Virus record (IMG/VR): IMGVR_UViG_3300023174_000075
Coordinates: 60,428-124,427 of that record
Strand: one strand, 5' to 3'
Source of the DNA: a virus
Length of the DNA: 64,000 bases
Shown piece after piece: positions 29,812 to 38,534 of the stretch; position 1 is the first letter of the stretch; each line of letters starts with the position of its first letter. Made by a program: the position numbers and the translations under genes. Under the pieces are notes generated by a model. The model was given only the letters and a program-made list of their open reading frames with translations, was not told the origin of the DNA and did no database searches.

Positions 29812-30099
29812 TTAAAAATTTATCCAGTATCTTACCTACACCCCACTTTAATATTTCCCACCAAACAATTGTTAATAGTATGTATATCATTGTTTTATTT
29901 TAGATGTTTGAGCTTTCTCTGCTGCTTGCCACTCCTCCTCTGTCATCTTTCCTGTCTTCTTTTCGATGATATCTTCACATAGGTTCGTTATACCTTCTAG
30001 TTCTGGGTAGTCAGGGAGCGCTTTAACACTTTCCATAAATTCATCAAATTCTTTACTCATAACATAATATTAAGGAGGGGCTTTTGCCCCTCCAATTTT

Positions 30100-30900
30100 T
30101 TAAGCTTCTACTAAATATGAACCTGCTAATTCAAACAATTGCTCATTCAATTCAATATCCTTCTGGAATGATGTTACTGAACGTGCTTTACGTTGTTTAC
30201 GTCCGTAGCTATAGCTACCACCTAATACTTTCTCTTGTACTCTATTAAACACAGCCCATAAATCATTACCTTGATCTTCAGTACGAGTCGCTTCAAGTAA
30301 TTCCATAACATTAACTGTTGCTTTACTACGTAATGATACTGCTTTGTAAGCAAAATCAGTCATTTGGGCTTCAGTTAGCTTTGTTGATTTAAACAGATTA
30401 ATCTTCTGCACCAGACCTGGTAACTTCTCAATTACCTCGTTTACTTTCGCCTGTAACGATTCAAATGTATAATTCATATGGCGGATACTCACATTACTAA
30501 AATCAGCATCACTAATAACCAATCCATTACTACACACAAGACGGAATATACCTACTCTAAAGTTAAATGCTGCTTTACCATCATGGCTATTTGTTAATAG
30601 GATTTGTGGAAACGCATCATCACCATTTTTACCTTTGATCTGAATGTCTGGGTGTCTAAATACGACAATGTGTTTTTGAAATCCTTTAAATTTCTTAGAT
30701 TTAACTTCTTGTGCTTTAGTTACCTGCCAACCTAGAGCCATTAAATCCTCTACCACACGTGATGTTGGTGTTTGGATATATTTGTCTGTTAAGTGAGCTG
30801 CTTTTTCAGTAGTGAATACTGATGGAGCCATCATTTTGATTTGATCCAGCGAATATGAATTGCCGGTCATCATAGCATCTGTGTTTAATTCTTGATTCAT
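30100..30900 (-). CDS. DUF932 family protein
   Basis: ILLTNSHDGKAAF....GIFRLVCSNGL, LWAVFNRVQE. Confidence 0.85.
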   Translation of the reverse strand: MNQELNTDAMMTGNSYSLDQIKMMAPSVFTTEKAAHLTDKYIQTPTSRVVEDLMALGWQVTKAQEVKSKKFKGFQKHIVVFRHPDIQIKGKNGDDAFPQILLTNSHDGKAAFNFRVGIFRLVCSNGLVISDADFSNVSIRHMNYTFESLQAKVNEVIEKLPGLVQKINLFKSTKLTEAQMTDFAYKAVSLRSKATVNVMELLEATRTEDQGNDLWAVFNRVQEKVLGGSYSYGRKQRKARSVTSFQKDIELNEQLFELAGSYLVEA

Positions 30901-30986
30901 AACTTATCGTTTTTGGTTTTTAATTTTTTAACACGATGAAGATACAACCTAGATTTTGCCTCCCAAAGCTACCTTACAAATAAGAT

Positions 30987-32327
30987 TTAAAATTCTAATA
31001 TACCAATATCTGGTGGATTAGAAACTATCTTATTATTAAAATCCTTTATAAGACCAACATTTACACCTTTATTAATTGCGGGTGATGTAGCTGTTAAATT
31101 ATAATTCCAATTTAAAGGATTTACATCCAATGTGTTCATCCAAATAACACCTGATGTAGCAATTTCTGTACTACCTAATGTAAAGTTTGTTACACTACTA
31201 CCTGATAGTTTATATATATTATTTGTGTGTGTTAAGTTAATACCAGTAAATTGTCCACTACGTGTTACAGATGATCCATTATTAATTTGAATTATATTAT
31301 TTTTAAGAACTATAATTCCTGTAGTAGCATCAGATGTTGCCATAGAAAACATAATACCACTACTACCAACAGGATTTGGATTAGGAACAGTTTGTACCAT
31401 TACATTATTATAAAACTGTAAGTTAGTCACTTTAGTTTTATATTGGCCATTATTATTTATATAAACCGCAGTAGTATTATTAATAATCTTATTATAAGCA
31501 ATAACATTATTCATCTGTGGATAATTAGCTACACCATCTGAATTAGAACCAAATTCAAATGTTCCATTACAATCATAAAATGTATTATACATAATAACAT
31601 TATTCATAACTGTATCACCTTCTTCAAAAAACTCTACACCACCACCATCACGTCCATAATCATAGCTCATACACCAACAATCATGTAAATAATTATTTGT
31701 GAATGTATTGTTACGGCTTGAAATTTGAACAGGAACTCCACCATAATCATTGTCTGGATTTGTAGTGTCATTTACAATCATTCTTAAATTACCTATATTA
31801 CAACTATCTATTGTTTGTGCTCTAGATGATGCTGTGATATAAACACCATATCCAATTCTATCCATAGTACATTTTCTAATAATAGTGCTTGTAGATGAAC
31901 TTTCAATTGTAAATACAATTTGGATTTTAGCTTGAGTATATCTATTAGTAAACGATATAGTTGTATCCGATATATTCCAACCATAAAACCTAACATTAGT
32001 ACATCCTCTTAATATGACTAAACTACCAATTGTAGTTCCAGTACCCCAAAACAATGGATTAGCTCCTACTCCGTAAACACCAAAATAAACATTTGATTTG
32101 CTTTGCAATGTTAATGTACCAGTGAATTTAGAACCTTTAGCAAATAATACAGAGTCGCCATTAGTTACATTACTCTGTACCTTAGAAAGTGTTTGCCATG
32201 GTGTAGCTGGATTTTGTGCTTGTGTAGTAGTGTAAGTATCGCTTCCTGATTGGTTTATGTAGAATTTTCTTGCTTGCGCTGTGAACATTGTAACGATTAA
32301 CGTAAACAGCAGAACTAGTTTTTTCAT
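30987..32327 (-). CDS. secreted right-handed beta-helix (pectin lyase-like) protein
   Basis: Signal peptide, PWQTLSKV...GDSVLF, Asn-rich coils, C-terminal SPAINKG...PDIG. Confidence 0.75.
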   Translation of the reverse strand: MKKLVLLFTLIVTMFTAQARKFYINQSGSDTYTTTQAQNPATPWQTLSKVQSNVTNGDSVLFAKGSKFTGTLTLQSKSNVYFGVYGVGANPLFWGTGTTIGSLVILRGCTNVRFYGWNISDTTISFTNRYTQAKIQIVFTIESSSTSTIIRKCTMDRIGYGVYITASSRAQTIDSCNIGNLRMIVNDTTNPDNDYGGVPVQISSRNNTFTNNYLHDCWCMSYDYGRDGGGVEFFEEGDTVMNNVIMYNTFYDCNGTFEFGSNSDGVANYPQMNNVIAYNKIINNTTAVYINNNGQYKTKVTNLQFYNNVMVQTVPNPNPVGSSGIMFSMATSDATTGIIVLKNNIIQINNGSSVTRSGQFTGINLTHTNNIYKLSGSSVTNFTLGSTEIATSGVIWMNTLDVNPLNWNYNLTATSPAINKGVNVGLIKDFNNKIVSNPPDIGILEF

Positions 32328-32361
32328 TAATGGTTGTTTTAATTACAAACATAAATATGAT

Positions 32362-32387
32362 AAAAAAAGCCCTCAAAATGAGGGCTT
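32362..32387 (-). terminator. intrinsic terminator
   Basis: AAGCCCTCA-TTT-TGAGGGCTT followed by a T tract on the minus strand. Confidence 0.8.
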
Positions 32388-32413
32388 AATACGTAAATTA
32401 AAAGTAATTCAAA

Positions 32414-32575
32414 TTACTTATTCTTGATAAGTGACCATACAGCACCAACTGCTGTGATAACTGCTCCAATTACTTCGTTAGTTACAGCTTCTGTAGCTAT
32501 ACCTTTAACAATAAGAATACCACCTACGAATGTTAATGCGTGGCGGATAATGCCTAATACTTGTTCTTTGTTCAT
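32414..32575 (-). CDS. small two-TM holin-like protein (53 aa)
   Basis: Hand translation MNKEQVLGIIRHALTFVGGILIVKG...VGAVWSLIKNK. Confidence 0.65.
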   Translation of the reverse strand: MNKEQVLGIIRHALTFVGGILIVKGIATEAVTNEVIGAVITAVGAVWSLIKNK

Positions 32576-32706
32576 AATATAAAGTTTTTAATTATACCAA
32601 TACATATTTGAAAGATATAAAAGAACGCGATTTAGTTACTTAGTGGTGCTTTGATTGCTGGGTGTAATTGATAGTTTTCTAATTTATTTGTTATATGTTT
32701 TATTTA

Positions 32707-32904
32707 TTAATTTAAAATGCTATATTTGGCGTATATTATTGCTTCGCTGTACCGTTCCATTTCATCTGTTGTATTAGGTGGGAATACTTCATCAACGGCT
32801 GCTACTAATTTTTCATTATCGATAGTGCCTTTTAATACCATAGTTTTAACCATTGCTTCAATGGCCATACATCTAAGATACATCATTTCTTCTGATACTT
32901 TCAT
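32707..32904 (-). CDS. hypothetical protein
   Basis: Start moved to ATG 32904 (MKVSEEM) below the promoter motif. Confidence 0.6.
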   Translation of the reverse strand: MKVSEEMMYLRCMAIEAMVKTMVLKGTIDNEKLVAAVDEVFPPNTTDEMERYSEAIIYAKYSILN

Positions 32905-33008
32905 AATTTTTGGTTTTTGGTTCCCAATAAATATAAGATAACTATTTTGCCTTCTTATTCCCGTTTGTAAAAAACCACCCAAATTCCTTATTGAACCATA
33001 GTTCAAGT

Positions 33009-33215
33009 CTAATTAGCGTCTTCTTGATCATACATTTTCTTTATTGTTTCATAATATTGTTCACGTAATCGTCTTACAGCACCATCAGCACTTGCTAACC
33101 CAAAATTAAACATATCAGGTTCTGGGTGTTCCATTTCTTTTATTGCCTTAATAATATCTTCGAATATCCCAAAGTCGAAGTATTTGTCATTTAGCATTTT
33201 GTACTTGTTTTCCAT
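33009..33215 (-). CDS. hypothetical protein
   Basis: 68 aa ORF. Confidence 0.6.
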   Translation of the reverse strand: MENKYKMLNDKYFDFGIFEDIIKAIKEMEHPEPDMFNFGLASADGAVRRLREQYYETIKKMYDQEDAN

Positions 33216-33443
33216 TTAGAATCGTTTTGATATGTTAATAATATATTCTTCTTCTTCGCGTGTTAGTCGCCATGCTTGACCCATTAATTTTTTACAAGCT
33301 AAACTAAAGTCATCTGTGTGATCATTTATTAGTGGTTTAGGTATGTAACCATCATCATAAAGGTCATCTACTAATTGTTGTTTTTCTCTTTTGGACATTT
33401 CCCATAATACATCGTCTATATCGATGTCAACGTTAATATTCAT
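33216..33443 (-). CDS. hypothetical protein
   Basis: 75 aa ORF. Confidence 0.6.
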   Translation of the reverse strand: MNINVDIDIDDVLWEMSKREKQQLVDDLYDDGYIPKPLINDHTDDFSLACKKLMGQAWRLTREEEEYIINISKRF

Positions 33444-33455
33444 AGTTTATATTTT

Positions 33456-33653
33456 TTATTTTTTAAACCAATTATATCCTTCCCCAGGACGTAGTTTTGC
33501 TTTGGGTTTTTCTATCATTTTTGCTTTGCGGCCACGTGGTCTACCTGTTTTTTCATCTTCATCAGGCCACTTAGTGTCAGTTACTTGTTTATAGAATTGT
33601 TTTAGTACGCGTGCGCGGTACTCAGGATCTTGTTTTGGATAAACTGCTGTCAT
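33456..33653 (-). CDS. small basic protein with AT-hook-like motif
   Basis: KTGRPRGRKAK. Confidence 0.6.
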   Translation of the reverse strand: MTAVYPKQDPEYRARVLKQFYKQVTDTKWPDEDEKTGRPRGRKAKMIEKPKAKLRPGEGYNWFKK

Positions 33654-33695
33654 AACTTTTTATTTAATTAAATATACGAAAACAATTTTGCCTTC

Positions 33696-33724
33696 AAAAA
33701 AAAGGAGAACTAATGTTCTCCCTT
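33696..33724 (-). terminator. intrinsic terminator
   Basis: GGAGAAC-ATTA-GTTCTCC followed by a T tract on the minus strand. Confidence 0.75.
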
Positions 33725-33884
33725 TAATTAAATTATTCCATTACACTTAGCAATGCTTTCACCTTTATATCGAATGCCCTTATGGAGCATGATTAGTAAC
33801 TTTCTTTGTATGTGTTTTCTTCTAATTTTTCTTCGTAAATTATTTTTTGTTTTTTTCATCAAGGATAAATATATAGAAGGGTTA

Positions 33885-34100
33885 CTAAATATAATCTAAA
33901 ATTATTTCTTTATTATGACTAAGATGTTTTAGTGCTCTGAATTTAGCTTCATCATCTAGTGGTTTAGCTTCTTTATAGTCACTACTCCATACTAATTCAC
34001 CACCATACATCATTCCACAATAGTATTCTAAATCAGAATTCATAACAATAAACCATTCACGTTTATCGTCTTTTTGCTTTATGCGTTTTGATTTTTCCAT
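33885..34100 (-). CDS. hypothetical protein
   Basis: 71 aa ORF. Confidence 0.6.
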   Translation of the reverse strand: MEKSKRIKQKDDKREWFIVMNSDLEYYCGMMYGGELVWSSDYKEAKPLDDEAKFRALKHLSHNKEIILDYI

Positions 34101-34873
34101 GTATCAAATGTTATTTTATCATCATTAATAATCATGTATTGACCACTGGTACCTAAACAATCAATTAGGTAATATCTCTCACCTGTGGATAATCCTTTAG
34201 TATCAATTTCTTTCACTTCAGTATGACCAAATACTTGTATTACTTGTTTACGTAACGTATTATGATTAACCTTAAATAATGATCTAGGTCTAATCCACAT
34301 TGGTGATTGTTCTATATTATCACCTGATGGGTCTAAGTAATATGATAATTTTAAATTACACGCCATTCCAAATTCAAATGTTTTAGGTTTGTATTTGAAT
34401 AATTTATTTAGGTCAGTAGCTATATTTTCTACTTTCCATTCTCCTTCACCAAACACACTATCCATAAATACACTACTTACACCAGCATGTGTGAATAAGA
34501 ACTCACCCATCTGATAAGCCATCTGTAAATGGTTTCTATTCTCATCTACTACTTGGGTAATGTTAGGTGCTATTCCATGTTGGTATCCTGATGTGCCTGT
34601 ATTACCTATCTCTGGGAAGTAGTGATGGTCATGATTGCCAATTAATAATATAACATCGGTTTTATGTTCTTCTAAGGTATCTTCTCTTGAAAATGATGTT
34701 TCCTTATATTCAATTATCTCTTTGAAATTATGTAATTGTTCTAATCCACTAATATCAAATGAATCAAAATAATCACCCAAGAATATAACTCGATCAGGTT
34801 GTTCCTGATTAACTATCAACTTCCAAACTGAGCGACCATGAATGTCTCCTATAACTATTGTTTTCATTTCCAA
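34079..34873 (-). CDS. calcineurin-like metallophosphoesterase
   Basis: GDIHG, LGDYFD, GNHD, THAG, GHT motifs. Confidence 0.9.
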   Translation of the reverse strand: MEMKTIVIGDIHGRSVWKLIVNQEQPDRVIFLGDYFDSFDISGLEQLHNFKEIIEYKETSFSREDTLEEHKTDVILLIGNHDHHYFPEIGNTGTSGYQHGIAPNITQVVDENRNHLQMAYQMGEFLFTHAGVSSVFMDSVFGEGEWKVENIATDLNKLFKYKPKTFEFGMACNLKLSYYLDPSGDNIEQSPMWIRPRSLFKVNHNTLRKQVIQVFGHTEVKEIDTKGLSTGERYYLIDCLGTSGQYMIINDDKITFDTWKNQNA

Positions 34874-35202
34874 AATAATTGTACTAATATAATTAGTGTT
34901 CCTAAAAATAAACAGATTCCTGTTTTTGTTGTGAATGGTTCTCTAAATAAGAAATAAGACATTCCTGAGAATACTATTACTCCTAATCCAAAGCCAAGTA
35001 AACGTGATGGCCATATTTGGCCATCAAATGCCTCTACGAAATTCTTTACTGATTTCATAAACATGAATGAAATGGGAATACCCATTAACACAGTAAACCA
35101 CATATGGTCTTTTAACCATTGGTATTTCAATTGACCTTGTAGTTGTAAGAATGTAGTTACTTGAGCCGCTAACCCCCATAATATCCCCCAAAATATATTC
35201 AT
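34864..35202 (-). CDS. four-TM SMR/EamA-like membrane protein
   Basis: 112 aa, four hydrophobic helices, FREP loop. Confidence 0.6.
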   Translation of the reverse strand: MNIFWGILWGLAAQVTTFLQLQGQLKYQWLKDHMWFTVLMGIPISFMFMKSVKNFVEAFDGQIWPSRLLGFGLGVIVFSGMSYFLFREPFTTKTGICLFLGTLIILVQLFWK

Positions 35203-35485
35203 TTAAAATAATTTTTAATATACGATAAGGTATATTGCATTTCGCTTGTTAATAATGAAATTAGATTAGTGTGTGAATTGTGATCACCACAAATACCTAA
35301 CATATGTAAAATTGTATCCATAACTATATTTTGTCTTCAGTGTGAAATTTATCATCATCCCAATTTAAAAGATCTTCTCCTTTATATTCTGGGTGATCAT
35401 CATTCATGTTATCTATACCTGTAATCCATACCCAACTTATAATAATTGTTGATACAAGTATTCCAATAAAAAAATAAATCATAAT

Positions 35486-35944
35486 TTATACTAAATTAGC
35501 TTTTTCTGGTCGTTTCTTGATATAATCTTGTTTAACTGTATTGTATAGGCACATTAAATCACCATCACACTCTTCCATATACGAATATAATTCCTCTTCT
35601 GTGACCCTAAAAGTAATTCTGAAATCTTTTATTAAAGCTTTCATTATACTAGCTTCATCCTTAGCATAATCTTCATTTAAACGTCTATAACGTTCCATCC
35701 ATAACGCTCTTTTTTCATGTTGATCATCAACACTTTTAATTTTAGCTAAATCTTCTTTCATCAACTCCAACTCGTATTGGGCTTGATAGAAGTAATCACT
35801 TACATCATAATCACCATTTTTGATTTTATCATATAATGGTGTATATGGATGTTTAGTTTCACGCATTTTGAATCTGCGCCACCAATAAAATTGATTGTAT
35901 TTGCTTGGTTTAAAAGTAGAAATCTTATCTCTAACGTAACTCAT
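35486..35944 (-). CDS. hypothetical protein
   Basis: 152 aa ORF. Confidence 0.7.
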   Translation of the reverse strand: MSYVRDKISTFKPSKYNQFYWWRRFKMRETKHPYTPLYDKIKNGDYDVSDYFYQAQYELELMKEDLAKIKSVDDQHEKRALWMERYRRLNEDYAKDEASIMKALIKDFRITFRVTEEELYSYMEECDGDLMCLYNTVKQDYIKKRPEKANLV

Positions 35945-35981
35945 ACGATAAAGATAAGATCTTACTTTGCCTAAGCCAAAT

Positions 35982-36398
35982 TTATATTTTTGCTAACTGG
36001 AAGTGCATTCCGTCTTTACGCTGCCATGTTCCACCCCAATCAAAACCATTGTCTGTAAAACATTTTACAAATCCTGGAGATAATTTAGGTGTCATATTTA
36101 ATCCATTCTCAAATGCATTTAAATCTACAGCTATTCCCCAGCTATGAAGTGACATTGATGTTAAACCTCTTTTCTTACGAATGTTAAAGCAACCGTCCCA
36201 TGTTTTTAATTCACTAACATGTCCTGTTGCAATAAGAGCTTGTAAAGCTTTAGATAATGGTTCAATCATATCTTTATTACAATAGATTTTTTTAGGTATT
36301 ACACCTATTTCTAAATATCCTGGAACATCCCACAAGGTTAGTGATGATTGTTTATTAGGATCTCCATATTTCTTTAATGCTTGTTGACTAGTTACCAT
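35982..36398 (-). CDS. M15 family metallopeptidase, probable endolysin
   Basis: R...SLHSWGIAVD, WGG.W...DGMHFQ zinc ligands. Confidence 0.85.
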   Translation of the reverse strand: MVTSQQALKKYGDPNKQSSLTLWDVPGYLEIGVIPKKIYCNKDMIEPLSKALQALIATGHVSELKTWDGCFNIRKKRGLTSMSLHSWGIAVDLNAFENGLNMTPKLSPGFVKCFTDNGFDWGGTWQRKDGMHFQLAKI

Positions 36399-36600
36399 TG
36401 TTTGTTTCAGTTTCGTCAGTTAAAAAATTTGATATTATTTTTGTTATTACAGATGATACCATTACCCAAGTTGCTAGCTTAGGACAATTATTCATTGCTG
36501 CAAAAGTAGATGCTAGTGTAGCACCTGCTAGTATTGAATCAGCAATCTTTCTGATGCCTTTCGGGGTTGGTTGCCAATACCCTTTCCATGAGAATTTCAT
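36388..36600 (-). CDS. putative holin
   Basis: Two hydrophobic segments; overlaps the endolysin start. Confidence 0.55.
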   Translation of the reverse strand: MKFSWKGYWQPTPKGIRKIADSILAGATLASTFAAMNNCPKLATWVMVSSVITKIISNFLTDETETNNGN

Positions 36601-36643
36601 ATATTCAATTTGATATAAATATTTGAAAATATAGTGGAGATGA

Positions 36644-37117
36644 TTATTTATTTAAATATCCATTAATTGTAATGCTTTGTTCTTTTTCAAAATAATGAAA
36701 TTCACTATGGCAATTACGACATAACGTGATACATTTTTCTAATTCTAATTTAAGTTTATCAACACTGTGTTTAGTAGCATCACCTAAATCAAATGATTTT
36801 TGAGATGGATCAATGTGATGGAAATCTAAAACATACGGTCTAGTTTCGCCACATTTACTACAACTACATTTGGATTTATATTCATTAATAAATTCTCTGC
36901 GTTGTTTATTTTTAATTTTTGATTGTTGATTCCATTTTTCTCTTAAAACATTAATATCGGTTTCTGTTTTTATTTTTTGATATTTCTGTTTATGATACTC
37001 TGCCTCATAAAGCTGTATTTTTTCATTATCCTGTCTATAATCTTGCATTCTAGCCTTATGCTTTTCCTTATTATCTCGGTAATATTTAGCATAATATTCC
37101 TTCGTTCCCGTTTTCAT
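36644..37117 (-). CDS. free-standing HNH endonuclease
   Basis: CSKCG...LDFHHIDP...CITLCRNCHSEFH; true start ATG 37117 (the longer call overlaps the tmRNA 3' end). Confidence 0.85.
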   Translation of the reverse strand: MKTGTKEYYAKYYRDNKEKHKARMQDYRQDNEKIQLYEAEYHKQKYQKIKTETDINVLREKWNQQSKIKNKQRREFINEYKSKCSCSKCGETRPYVLDFHHIDPSQKSFDLGDATKHSVDKLKLELEKCITLCRNCHSEFHYFEKEQSITINGYLNK

Positions 37118-37171
37118 ATAATTATTGTTTCCAATAAATATATGAAAATTTGGGGAGACGATAGGAACTTG

Positions 37172-37779
37172 TGGAGATGCCGGGAGTCGCATTTATGGAC
37201 TATCTCATCAGCCGTTCTGACTGGTGGGCGCTCTTGCCTGTTATTAAGTAGTCTTTACTACTCAGGTAGTCTCTACACCTTCTAAGAGTGTACTCTTAGC
37301 TTGGCTCGGTATTAGCTGCTGCTTTCACCGAATTCACCCACTTTATTACCTTACCATTCCTAGTAAGGAGGTCCAACTTGAACCCGGGTCTCCGAAAGTA
37401 ACAATAATACCAACGTCTCACACGCTTAGTACTAACTACTATCTGATTACTACCAATAAAGCGATAGCTCAAATTTCATTTGCACCGTAATTGTAGGGCC
37501 TTTCGGCCGCTCCACCATCTACTTTTGAGAAAAGCAGAAAAACGTTTTATTCATTGCAACTTACTGTTTCACCCAAGTTGCCAGGGAAAGAAAAGATCCG
37601 TAGATCCTAGGCAGCTAAAGCTACATTGGCGAAAGCCATGTTGATAATTCTAGCACCTTCTTCTTGACGAGCGATTTTGTTGTCGTTTATAGTTTTGTTC
37701 AAGTATTAAAGAGGATTAGAACCATGCCTCTGCGTGTGATATTACCCTTATCATCCGGATCAAATGCCAAGTCATCCCC
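37172..37779 (-). ncRNA. ssrA: tmRNA (intron-containing)
   Basis: Acceptor GGGGATG/CATCTCC with G3:U70; tag frame 37684..37607 after ATAAAC encodes DNKIARQEEGARIINMAFANVALAA*; T arm CCGGG-TTCGACT-CCCGG restored after removing 37190..37380. Confidence 0.93.
37190..37380 (-). mobile_element. group I self-splicing intron in the tmRNA T-loop (191 nt, no ORF)
   Basis: P AATTCGGTGAAA, Q AATACCGAGC, R GTGTAGAGACTA, S TGAGATAGTCC; P1 GGGUUC/GGACCU with U:G at the splice site; P3 GTGGGTG/CGCCCAC; P10 AGUUG/CGACU; terminal G. Confidence 0.9.
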
Positions 37780-37784
37780 ATATT

Positions 37785-38105
37785 TTAAAGAACTTCTTTT
37801 TTCTTTCTAGTTTTAGTTTTTTTATCTAATTGCTTCTTAATCTCAGCACATAACTCATATTCCTCTATTTTGATTAGATCATCTAAACAATTCTTTAACA
37901 TGTCATTATATTGTGCTTTATCAATTGTAAACAACATTGAACTCATATCTTTAAATGATATATCAAATATATCAATCTTTGCTTTATTGCGTTTAGTTGC
38001 ACTTAATACACACTTAACCATCTTCATAATCAAGTCCGTATCTCTATTCTTCATTAATACAAAGAATTCACGTTGATCTTTAAGATATAAATAATGACAT
38101 GCCAT
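37785..38105 (-). CDS. protein with C-terminal UVR-like motif
   Basis: IEEYELCAEIKKQL; true start ATG 38105 (MACHYL), the longer call overlaps tRNA-Glu. Confidence 0.65.
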   Translation of the reverse strand: MACHYLYLKDQREFFVLMKNRDTDLIMKMVKCVLSATKRNKAKIDIFDISFKDMSSMLFTIDKAQYNDMLKNCLDDLIKIEEYELCAEIKKQLDKKTKTRKKKEVL

Positions 38106-38120
38106 AGTTATAAATATTAG

Positions 38121-38192
38121 TACCACGTACGGGACTCGAACCCGTGATTCCTCCGTGAAAGGGAGGCGTCTTAACCTCTTGACCAACGCGGC
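38121..38192 (-). tRNA. tRNA-Glu(TTC)
   Basis: Cloverleaf: anticodon arm CCTCC-CTTTCAC-GGAGG, T arm ACGGG-TTCGAGT-CCCGT. Confidence 0.92.
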
Positions 38193-38316
38193 AGTACTGC
38201 TGATTTGTTGAGCGCACCGAATCTTCAAAACCAGCAAAATAACGGCACTCCCTTTCTTGTTTGTTTTTCAGACCACCCCACAAGTCCGGGTTAACATGAG
38301 CGATCTGTTGATCAAG

Positions 38317-38402
38317 TAGTCAGGCAAGGACTTGAACCTTGAACGCCGTTTTTAACTCGGCCTCTCTTTATAGATAGCGTCTACCAATTCCGCCACCTGA
38401 CT
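38317..38402 (-). tRNA. tRNA-Leu-like gene with non-canonical anticodon region
   Basis: Acceptor AGTCAGG/CCTGACT-A, Leu-type D arm TGGCGGAATTGGTAGACGC, T arm CAAGG-TTCAAGT-CCTTG; anticodon arm irregular. Confidence 0.65.
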
Positions 38403-38463
38403 ATAAAGACCCGATATCCGCGTTTTCATCTCACTCGGGTCATGATGAGCTTCCGACGGGTTG

Positions 38464-38534
38464 ATGTGACACCTGGATTCGAACCAGAAATGACAGAATC
38501 AAAATCTGTAGTGTTACCGTTACACCATATCACA
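38464..38534 (-). tRNA. tRNA-Gln(TTG)
   Basis: Anticodon arm ACAGA-TTTTGAT-TCTGT, T loop TTCGAAT. Confidence 0.9.

Noticed and set aside
37118-37192. HNH ORF starting inside the intron (intron-encoded endonuclease)
   Set aside because: The extension reads through the tmRNA 3' exon; the gene lies outside the intron and has its own ATATTTAT leader before ATG 37117
38403-38460. Hammerhead ribozyme suggested by ATGATGAG and GAAA
   Set aside because: No CUGANGA core with a correctly placed GAAA and three stems on the same strand
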